DNA from: an uncultured bacterium | Lineage (GTDB): Bacteria > SAR324 > NAC60-12 | DNA length: 37,329 nt | NCBI GenBank assembly: GCA_964010765.1 | Contig: CAXGMD010000028.1 | Location: 1-37,329 of the forward strand | Direction: 5' to 3' | In this document: positions 27,028 to 35,710 of the stretch, one piece after another | Position numbering within the stretch: position 1 is the stretch's first letter | How the letters are laid out: every line of letters begins with the position of its first letter | Notes under the pieces: generated by a model | Told to the model about the DNA's origin: nothing | The model's input: only the letters and a program-made list of their open reading frames with translations | The model's database searches: none | Position numbers and translations under genes: made by a program

Positions 27028-29235
27028 ATGGATCAAGCAACAGTGTCCTCCCCTGATCAAGCTTCAGCGTCCAAAGAAACTCTGCAAGAGTTGATGGAGA
27101 AGGAAGCCAAGACCGAGCGCCAGCTGGCACGCCCGTGGCGTTGGCTCAGCGCCGGGCTCGGGGCAGTGATGGTGATTATCTATTTCTACGGTGCAGGCTA
27201 TCAGGCTTTGGGGACTCAATATCACTTAGGAGTTTACGTCCTAATTACCTGTGTCTTGGTGTTTCTGCTCTACCCTGCCGGTGGCCGCTTTGCCCACGTG
27301 AGTATGTCCATTGGTGCCTCTCTGCTCCTCGCTATCCTCGCTTCTGGCCTGCTGATCTTTCCTGACTTTACAGCACTCTATCAGCAGTGGGGCTATTTCC
27401 TTGAGTCATGGGGCTATGATGGCGTTTTCTTTGCGCTGGAAAACGATCTTGGGGATCTTTGGTACACAGGATTGCTGACCGTTGTTTTTGCCGTTCCACT
27501 GATCTGGATTGATCAAATCCTGCTCCGTTATCGCGAACAATTGCCCAGTCTGAGTGATCATATTCTAGGAGGTGGAATCGCTGTGACGGTTCTTTACTGG
27601 ATCAGTCAGTTTGAGGCTTTGAACTACCGAGCAGGTGCAGAAAACGAAATTGACATGTTGACGAGTATCATTGGGCTGATGATCACTCTGGAAATTTGTC
27701 GAAGAGTTCTTGGCTGGTCGATCACCTTAATTGGGATCGCCATGATCTGCTTTGGCCTGTTTGGCCCCTACCTCCCTGATCTTCTGGCCCATCGTGGATT
27801 TCGCTTCGAGCGCTTAGCAACTTCCCTCTTTCTGACAACAAACGGTGTTTTTGGGGTAATGGCCAGTGTCTTGGCTACCTATGTGATTCTATTTATTTTT
27901 TTTGGTGCTTTCCTACAGAAATCAGGAGCTGGGCGTTTTTTCATAGATCTACCCTTGTCAATCGCAGGTCATAGCCCAGGTGGACCCGCCAAAGTAGCTG
28001 TCATCTCCTCCGCTTTATTTGGTTCTGTCTCAGGTTCTGCGATAGCCAACACTGTTTCAACAGGATCATTCACGATTCCTCTGATGAAACGCGTTGGGTT
28101 CAAACCTCATGTCGCTGGTGCAATCGAGCCTGCAGCGTCAATTGGTGGGATGTTTCTACCTCCAATCATGGGTGCGGGTGGTTTCTTGATGTCAGAACTG
28201 ACTGGGATTCCTTACGCCAAGATCATGCTGCTATCCGTCGGACCGGCCTTACTCTACTTCCTCTCCGTCTTGGTGATGGTCCATTTTGAAGCCAAACGCC
28301 TCGGTCTGGGCGGTCTGGATCGAAGCGAAGAGATTCCTTCATGGCAACAAGTCTTGCGGGACGGCTGGTATTTCTCTTTGCCACTGGTCGTTATCACGGT
28401 ACTGATGCTCTTTGGCCGATCACCCGGGAATGCTGCCTTTTGGGCCACCTTAACCTGCATTGTGATTAGTTGGTTCAAGCCAGAAACTAAGATGGGACCA
28501 AAAGAAATCTGGGAAGCCATCCAGACGGGAGCCCGCAATACCCTGGTGATTGGAGCGACCATTGGTGTGATCGGTGTGATTGTCGGTACGATTTCCTTGA
28601 CAGGCATGGGGTTGAAATTTTCCGACCTGGTCATCTCCACGGCAGGTGACAGTCTGCTGATGGCTGTGATTCTGATTGCGCTCGCATCTTTGGTTTTGGG
28701 AATGGGGGTACCCGTCACCGCAGCCTACTTGATTGTCGCTGTCCTCGCTGTACCTGCACTAGGTGAGTATGGGGTATCCATCATTGCAGCACACATGATT
28801 GTCTATTGGCTCTCTCAGGATTCGAACATCACTCCCCCGGTCTGTGTAGCCGCTTATGCTGGGGCTGCTATTGCTGGAGCTGATCCCTGGAAAACTGGTT
28901 GGACATCATTCAAGTTTGCCAAATTACTCTATGTAATGCCCCTAATGTTTGCTTATGTCCCTGGAATCCTGCTGGAAGGCTCTGGCCTCGAAATCTTTAC
29001 CGCCTTCCTCTCAGCATTATTGGGAACCCTGCTCTTTGGTGCTTTTGCAATGGGCTACTTCCGCCGAGGTACTCTAATCTACGAATGGATCTTACTCGGC
29101 ATCGGAACAATCCTGCTCTACTGGCCAACTTTTGAAACTGACTTGGCCGGGCTAGTCGTCGCAGTTTTTGTGTGGTGGCTGCAACAAGATGTAAATACTT
29201 CATCGAGGACTCCATCCACAGATCGTTTAGCGTAA
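27028..29235 (+). CDS. TAXI-type TRAP transporter fused permease (4TM/12TM)
   Basis: Motifs GPAKVAVISSALFGSVSGSAIANT, LPPIMGAGGF, LGMGVPVTAAY and SQDSNITPPVC. Confidence 0.92.
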   Translation: MDQATVSSPDQASASKETLQELMEKEAKTERQLARPWRWLSAGLGAVMVIIYFYGAGYQALGTQYHLGVYVLITCVLVFLLYPAGGRFAHVSMSIGASLLLAILASGLLIFPDFTALYQQWGYFLESWGYDGVFFALENDLGDLWYTGLLTVVFAVPLIWIDQILLRYREQLPSLSDHILGGGIAVTVLYWISQFEALNYRAGAENEIDMLTSIIGLMITLEICRRVLGWSITLIGIAMICFGLFGPYLPDLLAHRGFRFERLATSLFLTTNGVFGVMASVLATYVILFIFFGAFLQKSGAGRFFIDLPLSIAGHSPGGPAKVAVISSALFGSVSGSAIANTVSTGSFTIPLMKRVGFKPHVAGAIEPAASIGGMFLPPIMGAGGFLMSELTGIPYAKIMLLSVGPALLYFLSVLVMVHFEAKRLGLGGLDRSEEIPSWQQVLRDGWYFSLPLVVITVLMLFGRSPGNAAFWATLTCIVISWFKPETKMGPKEIWEAIQTGARNTLVIGATIGVIGVIVGTISLTGMGLKFSDLVISTAGDSLLMAVILIALASLVLGMGVPVTAAYLIVAVLAVPALGEYGVSIIAAHMIVYWLSQDSNITPPVCVAAYAGAAIAGADPWKTGWTSFKFAKLLYVMPLMFAYVPGILLEGSGLEIFTAFLSALLGTLLFGAFAMGYFRRGTLIYEWILLGIGTILLYWPTFETDLAGLVVAVFVWWLQQDVNTSSRTPSTDRLA

Positions 29236-29345
29236 TTTTCAGCGAGGACTTAGGAAGTAACCTCGCTCTATGATGGTTTGTCTTGGCAAACCAGAGGCGC
29301 ACTTCGTCAGTGCCCAACCCATCAACATCCCTCAAAGGAGGAACC

Positions 29346-30347
29346 ATGTTCGTTTCCCGAACAAAACGAAGGCTGATGACCCTGCTGTCGGTAACACTGG
29401 GTTTCATGCTGTTGATTACAACCCCTGCGATCGCTCAAAAAAAGTTTCTAGCCTTTTCCGGTGGACCGGACGGTGGAACTTTTCAGTATTTTTCAAATGG
29501 GATCTCTGTCTATCTTTCCAAAGGAATGGATGGCTACGATGTCTCCAATATGGCCTCTGCGGGTTCGGTAGAGAACCTTCGCCGCTTGAACAGCCGAGAT
29601 GCTGACTTTGGCATCACCTACTCAGGTGATTTGTACCTGGGACGTAATGGTCGTTTGACCAATGACACTAGGCAGTATCGCAATGTGCATGTTGTCTCCT
29701 ATCTCTACGGAGCACCTGCGCACTTGATCGTATTGGATGGATCTGGGATCAACAGTGTTGCCGATTTAGTGGGAAAGAAAGTAGCTGTTGGAGCTGCTGG
29801 TTCTGGGGCAGCTGCTTCTGCGCAGCGTTACTTTGAAAGCATGGAGGTCTGGGATAAATTCGAGCCACAATATATCGGCTATACTCAAGGAGCTTCCGCA
29901 TTGGGTGACCGTCAAATTGATGCCCTATGGGTTTTTGCAGGATACCCCAACGCTTCTGTAATTCAGGCGGCCTCAGCCAACAAGATCAATTTGTTGCAAG
30001 TCTACGCAGAGGCGGAGAAGACAGGGAAGCTTTTCAAAGATTATCCTTTCTATTCAAAGGTGGTGATCCCAGCTGGAACTTACCAAGGAGTGGATTACGA
30101 TGTTGTGTCGATTCAAGACTCAGCCTTATGGACAGCCGGACGCCATGTTCCAGAAGAGATCGTCCAGAAAGCCGCGGAGATGATTTACGACCCCAACGGG
30201 CTCAAATACCTCGTCAGCGTGAAATCCACAGCAAAAGCTATGAGCATTGACTCTGGCCTGACTGGAATTGTGACTCCTGTCCATCAGGGTGCTCAAAAAT
30301 TCTGGACAGCCAAAGGCAAGACTCTGTCAGCTGAGCAAAGTAGATAG
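29346..30347 (+). CDS. TAXI family TRAP solute-binding protein
   Basis: Signal peptide ending PAIA; motifs GGPDGGTF, SAGSVENL, GAAGSG and IPAGTYQG; GGAGGA RBS before ATG 29346. Confidence 0.9.
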   Translation: MFVSRTKRRLMTLLSVTLGFMLLITTPAIAQKKFLAFSGGPDGGTFQYFSNGISVYLSKGMDGYDVSNMASAGSVENLRRLNSRDADFGITYSGDLYLGRNGRLTNDTRQYRNVHVVSYLYGAPAHLIVLDGSGINSVADLVGKKVAVGAAGSGAAASAQRYFESMEVWDKFEPQYIGYTQGASALGDRQIDALWVFAGYPNASVIQAASANKINLLQVYAEAEKTGKLFKDYPFYSKVVIPAGTYQGVDYDVVSIQDSALWTAGRHVPEEIVQKAAEMIYDPNGLKYLVSVKSTAKAMSIDSGLTGIVTPVHQGAQKFWTAKGKTLSAEQSR

Positions 30348-30349
30348 AA

Positions 30350-30415
30350 CGCCTTAAGATCTTTTAGGGTGGATCAACAGGGTGAGCAATCTCCTATGAA
30401 TGCATCGCCCTATTA
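30350..30415 (+). terminator. tandem hairpins after TAXI gene (terminator or mRNA stabiliser)
   Basis: Hairpins CGCCTTAAG...TTTAGGGTG (30350-30371) and AGGGTGAGCA...TGCATCGCCCT (30379-30411); U-tract is weak. Confidence 0.4.
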
Positions 30416-30518
30416 CTAATTTCCAATGAACGAATCGGACTCTTCACAAAACGAGGGTGGACAAAAAGAAAAATTTAACGAAAATAATTGTGTGTTTTGA
30501 AAAAATTAGAAAATCCCT

Positions 30519-30544
30519 GATTGAGTTTGTCAGATAACTCAATC
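30519..30544. promoter_or_regulatory. putative operator upstream of the TAXI-TRAP-csiD unit
   Basis: Perfect 9-bp inverted repeat GATTGAGTT-N8-AACTCAATC enclosing TTGTCAGATAA. Confidence 0.4.
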
Positions 30545-30747
30545 TAGAATTTTCTTAAATTCCCTAGGCCTATATATCTCAGGTTTCAATTATCGAAATG
30601 ATCCTGAAAGTTGTTGTGCCTCGATTCTTTTACAAGCTGATGGTCTGCTTGTGCAAAAGACTTCTTCCTCCCTCTCAAACTTTGAGATTGTCATCTGCTT
30701 TAAAGAAGTAGAATGATCTGAGTGTTTAACTTATTCCAAAGGGTCCC

Positions 30748-31764
30748 ATGAAAATGAGTAAACTCATATGTCAAGCATTGCCACTATTCGCCACAATTCT
30801 TTTACTGTCGCTACCTCACCAAGCTTGGGCAGATAACAAAGATTACATTCTGAACACAGCTTCAACAGGGGGGACTTATCACCCTGTAGGGACAGCGATC
30901 GCCACACTGTCTAAGGTAAAGTTGCTCCCCAAAGAAAAATTTAGTCTAACTGCAGTCAACTCTGCTGGTTCTGGTGCAAACGTTCAGGCCATGGGAGCTG
31001 GGACTGCAGACTTTGCAATTCTGCAAGGCCTTTTTGGATCATATGCAGCCACAGGCACAGGACCAATTTCCGCGCCACAGAAAAACCTTCGCTCCGTCAC
31101 AATGCTCTGGCAAAACGTTGAGCAGTTTGTTGTTGCAAACTCTGCTGTCAAATCAGGCACTGTCTCCGACTTAATGGCTTTGAAAGGTTCAAAAGCAGGA
31201 ATGGGAGCAAAGAACTCAGGAACATTAGGTTCCAACAAAGTGCTTCTATCGGGGATGGGTATTGACATCGAAAAGGACTTTTCTCTGATGTACGGTGGCT
31301 ATGGTCCAACAGCAGATGCACTAGCAAACGGTCAAGTTGTGACAGCGGGTATACCGTCAGGCCCTCCAACAGGAGCAATCACAAAATTGATGGCTGGAAA
31401 CAGTGGAAAGTTTACAATTCTGGATGTGACCGCAGAAGAGGCCAAAAAGATGGACGGTGGTCGACTATTGTGGACACCCTACACTATCAAAGCAGGAACC
31501 TATCCAGGCCAAAACAAGGATATCAGCACGATTGCTCAACCAAATTTCTTAGCAGTTAATGAGAATGTTGATGAGAACCATGTTTATCTGTTGACGAAGA
31601 CTATGTTTGCAAACCTGCCATTTTTACAGGCTATTCACCCAGCGACTAAGGCAATGGCGATTGAAAAAGCAATGGCTGGATTACCTGTGCCGCTGCACCC
31701 TGGAGCTGCCAAGTACTATAAAGAGATTGGCATGACCATTCCCTCCCACCTAGTCACCAAATAA
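30748..31764 (+). CDS. TAXI family TRAP solute-binding protein
   Basis: Signal peptide ending QAWA; motifs TASTGGTYHPVG, SAGSGAN, GAKNSGT, IKAGTYPG and PLHPGAAKYY. Confidence 0.92.
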   Translation: MKMSKLICQALPLFATILLLSLPHQAWADNKDYILNTASTGGTYHPVGTAIATLSKVKLLPKEKFSLTAVNSAGSGANVQAMGAGTADFAILQGLFGSYAATGTGPISAPQKNLRSVTMLWQNVEQFVVANSAVKSGTVSDLMALKGSKAGMGAKNSGTLGSNKVLLSGMGIDIEKDFSLMYGGYGPTADALANGQVVTAGIPSGPPTGAITKLMAGNSGKFTILDVTAEEAKKMDGGRLLWTPYTIKAGTYPGQNKDISTIAQPNFLAVNENVDENHVYLLTKTMFANLPFLQAIHPATKAMAIEKAMAGLPVPLHPGAAKYYKEIGMTIPSHLVTK

Positions 31765-31771
31765 TTCCGCT

Positions 31772-31796
31772 GTGAGGCCAGTATCACTGGCCTCAT
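31772..31796 (+). other. intercistronic stem-loop between binding protein and permease (likely mRNA stabiliser or partial terminator)
   Basis: TGAGGCCAGT-ATC-ACTGGCCTCA forms a perfect 10-bp stem with no U-tract. Confidence 0.6.
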
Positions 31797-31812
31797 CCAT
31801 CCTAGGCTTCAC

Positions 31813-33987
31813 ATGGTCTCCTCATCAAATAGTGATGTTGCAGGCAACGAACACCGTGATGAGTGGTTAACTCTCGACTCTGTCAACAAGACACTGACTC
31901 AGTGGCTGCTGATTATTGGAGCCGTTGGGTTCGCTATTTGGCACGTAGCTACAAATCTGCTGATCAACGAATCGGTACTCTGGCAAAACGCAATTCACTT
32001 CGCTGGCTTCGCCATTCTTGCCTCTGTAATCTATCCAGCACGTCTTTTTGGTCGGAAAAGTATCCTTTTTGACCTTGTCTATGGGCTTGTTGCTGCCTGG
32101 GCAGCTTGTTGGGTTATCGCCTCAGAATCCAGAATCTATGAGGATACTCTGGCAATCACAGGTCAAGCTTGGCAATTCAACATTATTGATTGGTTTGCTG
32201 GGTTTGTGTTGGTTGTAGCAGCTATTGATTTTTCAAGAAGAGTATCTGGTTGGGTGATTCCCGTACTCATAATCCTAGCGCTTTCCTACATCCTGATTTT
32301 GGGTGAATACTTACCAGGGGTGTTCCGAGCAGCCAGTCTCCCACTTGATGACGTGTTGTTCCGCACAGTTTATAATGATGAAGGCCTTTTCGGAATCCTC
32401 GCCAACATTTCTTCTTCTAACATAACTTTGTTCATGATCTTCGGCGGCTTTCTGGTGATTTCTGGGGCCAGCGATTTCGTGATTGAAGTATCAAAAGTGG
32501 TGGCGGGTAGGATCCGAGGTGGATCTGCTTTTGTAGCAGTTTTATCTTCAGCTTTGACTGGAACCATCAGCGGATCTGCTGTGGCCAATACAGCTTCTAC
32601 TGGAGTAATCACTATTCCACTCATGAAATCCAGTGGTTTTCGGGGACGCTTCGCTGGAGGAGTTGAAGCAGCAGCATCCACTGGAGGGCAGCTGATGCCC
32701 CCAATCATGGGTGCTGGAGCCTTTGTCATGGCGAGCTACACAGCAATTCCATATTCGACAATTGTTTCTGTATCCATTGTCCCAGCTGTTATCTACTTTC
32801 TGTCAGTCGCCTCTGCCGTTCGTATTGAAGCAGTGAAATACCGCGTGGGAGAGGGGATAGATATGAGTGTCAGCCGAGCCAAAATCTTGGCAGGAGCACT
32901 CACGTTTATTATTCCATTGACCGTGATGATTTATTTTCTCATGGCAGGTGTAACTCCAAGCTTCGCAGCATCTGCTTCCATTGCGGTCTTAATCGGAGTG
33001 TCCTGGGTAGCTTGGCTGATTGGGAGATTGATGGGAATCGAGGAACTGCAAGCCAATGTCATGAATCTCAAACGGATCGTTGAAGCTTGTTTGGCTGGCA
33101 TGCGTGGGGGTATTTTGACCGCCATTTTGTTGGTGGCGATTGGAGTGATCAACAATGCGATTGTCACAAGTGGTATTGGCAATGGATTTTCATTGATGAT
33201 CGCTCAGTGGTCCCAAGGCTCCATCGTTTTAGCGATAGTCTTAATTGGATTGGCATCTCTGGTTTTAGGAATGGGCCTACCAGTAACCGCCTCGTATATC
33301 ATTCTTGCGATTCTGTGTGCACCTGCCTTAGCAGGAATTTTGGCAGATACCATTATTACTGAAAAGTTGGTTAATGGCCTTGCTGATCCGATGCAGGCCG
33401 CACTTTTTATGCTCGTTGAGAGTCCTCATGTTGCGAAAGTGGCAACGGGAATGACAATGGAGGAGGCTTCCAGTTTGATGTCAGCTGTCCCTTTTGAAGT
33501 GGCCATGACAATGCGCCCGATGCTGGTGGACGCTGAGGTACTGACAGGCTTTTTGCTCGTAGCACACCTAATCATTTTCTGGTTGAGCCAAGACAGTAAC
33601 GTGACTCCACCAGTTTGTCTGGCCGCCTTTACTGCAGCTGGAATTGCAAAGTCCCCACCCATGGCAACAGGGTTCCAGGCTTGGAAAGCTGCCAAGGGGT
33701 TGTATGTCGTTCCCTTACTTTTCGCCTACACACCTCTCGTTAACGGTACTGCCTTAGAAATTTGCCAGATTGGTTTTTTTGCTTTGTTCGGGATCTATGC
33801 TACAAATGCAATGATTGCACGGTACGCGGAAGGACCGATGGCAATTTGGTATTGGCCCGTCTTAATCATTGGTGCTGGGCTATCGTTCTGGCCTCTCAAT
33901 TTACTATTTAATATTTTAGGGGCGATTGCCGTGCTGGCTATTATTTTCCATAGCAACCGATGCAATAAGGTTCACTCTCAGCACTGA
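31813..33987 (+). CDS. TAXI-type TRAP transporter fused permease (4TM/12TM)
   Basis: Motifs GTISGSAVANT, GGQLMPPIMGAGAF, LGMGLPVTASY and SQDSNVTPPVC. Confidence 0.92.
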   Translation: MVSSSNSDVAGNEHRDEWLTLDSVNKTLTQWLLIIGAVGFAIWHVATNLLINESVLWQNAIHFAGFAILASVIYPARLFGRKSILFDLVYGLVAAWAACWVIASESRIYEDTLAITGQAWQFNIIDWFAGFVLVVAAIDFSRRVSGWVIPVLIILALSYILILGEYLPGVFRAASLPLDDVLFRTVYNDEGLFGILANISSSNITLFMIFGGFLVISGASDFVIEVSKVVAGRIRGGSAFVAVLSSALTGTISGSAVANTASTGVITIPLMKSSGFRGRFAGGVEAAASTGGQLMPPIMGAGAFVMASYTAIPYSTIVSVSIVPAVIYFLSVASAVRIEAVKYRVGEGIDMSVSRAKILAGALTFIIPLTVMIYFLMAGVTPSFAASASIAVLIGVSWVAWLIGRLMGIEELQANVMNLKRIVEACLAGMRGGILTAILLVAIGVINNAIVTSGIGNGFSLMIAQWSQGSIVLAIVLIGLASLVLGMGLPVTASYIILAILCAPALAGILADTIITEKLVNGLADPMQAALFMLVESPHVAKVATGMTMEEASSLMSAVPFEVAMTMRPMLVDAEVLTGFLLVAHLIIFWLSQDSNVTPPVCLAAFTAAGIAKSPPMATGFQAWKAAKGLYVVPLLFAYTPLVNGTALEICQIGFFALFGIYATNAMIARYAEGPMAIWYWPVLIIGAGLSFWPLNLLFNILGAIAVLAIIFHSNRCNKVHSQH

Positions 33988-34019
33988 TCAAAAAAGTGTA
34001 CTCAATCTTCTATCCCAAT

Positions 34020-34937
34020 ATGCACAGCTTTTCCAGTTACCCAAAAGTAGAATTAAAACCACGTTCCCACTCACTCAATCCGAGATTACAGGAACTACAT
34101 CTACCAATGGTTGCTCTTGAAAACTTTCTAGCATCTACCAAGGAAATCAGTGTTCAAGAGCTAGAATACGTTCCATATCAACGGCTTGTTCTGGCCCATC
34201 TTTTAGATGAAGAATGCGGTGGCTCACTCAAAAAAATCCTCGTGGAAACGTTACATGACCGAGCAACCGGAGCTTTGGAAATCAGTACTCCTCCCGACCT
34301 TAACAAAGACGATTTGATCAAAATTTCCACGGCAGTCAGTCACTTGGTTGGCTTACCAAATTTCGACTCCATGAGTGGAAAGTACTATGCCTGCTTTGAT
34401 GTAAAGGACACCGACAACAGTGACTCTTACCTAAGGCAAGCCTATCGTCTTTTTACCCTGCACACGGATGGGACTTACGTGGACGAAACAACCGACTGGG
34501 TCTTGCTGCTTAAGCTCAAAGAAGAAAATGCGGTGGGAGGCGAAAGCAGACTGTTACACCTGGACGATTGGGAAGAAATGGAGATCTTTGCGGAGCATCC
34601 TTTGGGACACACTCCCATGGAATATAAATCTCCACCAAGCAAAAATGTTTCAGTCTCTGTAAAGCGTCAGACATTTTATCAGCGCAATGGTCGGCCCTGT
34701 CTCTGTTTCATCGACCAGTTCGCGTATCCACATACCATCGAGCAAGCCCTTTTTCTGAGGGACATGTCTCATTCAATGGAAAAATCTCCAAAAACACTCT
34801 CCATCCCATTGCCCACCGGACACATCCTATTGATCAACAATCACTTTTGGGCACATGGCAGAGAGCCCTTCAAAAAACATCCTAAACTGTATCGGGAATT
34901 GTTGCGCCAGCGCGGTGCTTTCAACGAACAGGTTTAA
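34020..34937 (+). CDS. csiD: glutarate 2-hydroxylase (Fe(II)/2-oxoglutarate dioxygenase, CsiD/GlaH)
   Basis: Motifs NFDSMSGKYYA, DNSDSYLRQ, LHTDGTYV (HxD), LLHLDDW, PPSKNV, FIDQF, NNHFWAHGR (distal His) and RELLRQRG. Confidence 0.88.
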   Translation: MHSFSSYPKVELKPRSHSLNPRLQELHLPMVALENFLASTKEISVQELEYVPYQRLVLAHLLDEECGGSLKKILVETLHDRATGALEISTPPDLNKDDLIKISTAVSHLVGLPNFDSMSGKYYACFDVKDTDNSDSYLRQAYRLFTLHTDGTYVDETTDWVLLLKLKEENAVGGESRLLHLDDWEEMEIFAEHPLGHTPMEYKSPPSKNVSVSVKRQTFYQRNGRPCLCFIDQFAYPHTIEQALFLRDMSHSMEKSPKTLSIPLPTGHILLINNHFWAHGREPFKKHPKLYRELLRQRGAFNEQV

Positions 34938-35262
34938 AAAAATTAAACAAAATTTGATTCAGGAAAAGATCATCTTCACAACACACCGAAGTACTCTGAC
35001 TCTCCTACAAGCTTTCCCGATTCCTATTCCACCTGACTCCCACCAAGCATAGTTCACTTAGCAAAGCCATGGGTAAAAGAAGTCCGAATTATTAAAATTT
35101 AAAATATTAATTTTCTTATTGAAATTTTGTATTTAACCAAAATTTCGTAGTGTCAGTTGACTCTCTCCGCTTTACTAGGTAGAAGTTCTTTCGAATCATC
35201 AACTGAAAAGAATTAGAATTTTTTCTTTAACAAAAAGACCAAGGTTGCAAGGGAGATTTCTG

Positions 35263-35706
35263 ATGATCAAGCCAACCCATATTAAAAAAAGTATTTTGCT
35301 CTTCATTCTTTCTACTCTTGCAACGATTCCTGAGATTTACGCAGGAGACACTCCCTCAGTTAAAGGAACAAAGATTTATTTTGTTAATATTCAAGATGGT
35401 GATGTCCTCAAAAGTCCATTCATTGTCAGATTTGGTCTGAGTTCTCAGATGGGCATTGCTCCAGCCCTTGTAGATTGGCCTGACACAGGACATCATCACC
35501 TAATAATAAATTCTCCAACTCCTGATCCAAACAAAGCAATTCCTAGTAAAAGCGAGAATCATATCCACCTGAGCGGTGGTCAAACAGAATGGGAGGTTGA
35601 TCTACCATCAGGCCAGCACACGTTGCAACTGATCTTGGGAGATTATTCACACATCCCTCACGACCCTCCTGTAATTTCGGAAGTCATCACCATCACTGTG
35701 GAGTAA
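35263..35706 (+). CDS. exported DUF4399-like protein
   Basis: Signal peptide ending IYA; motifs [26 protein letters not shown] and [22 protein letters not shown]. Confidence 0.8.
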   Translation: MIKPTHIKKSILLFILSTLATIPEIYAGDTPSVKGTKIYFVNIQDGDVLKSPFIVRFGLSSQMGIAPALVDWPDTGHHHLIINSPTPDPNKAIPSKSENHIHLSGGQTEWEVDLPSGQHTLQLILGDYSHIPHDPPVISEVITITVE

Positions 35707-35710
35707 AGAG

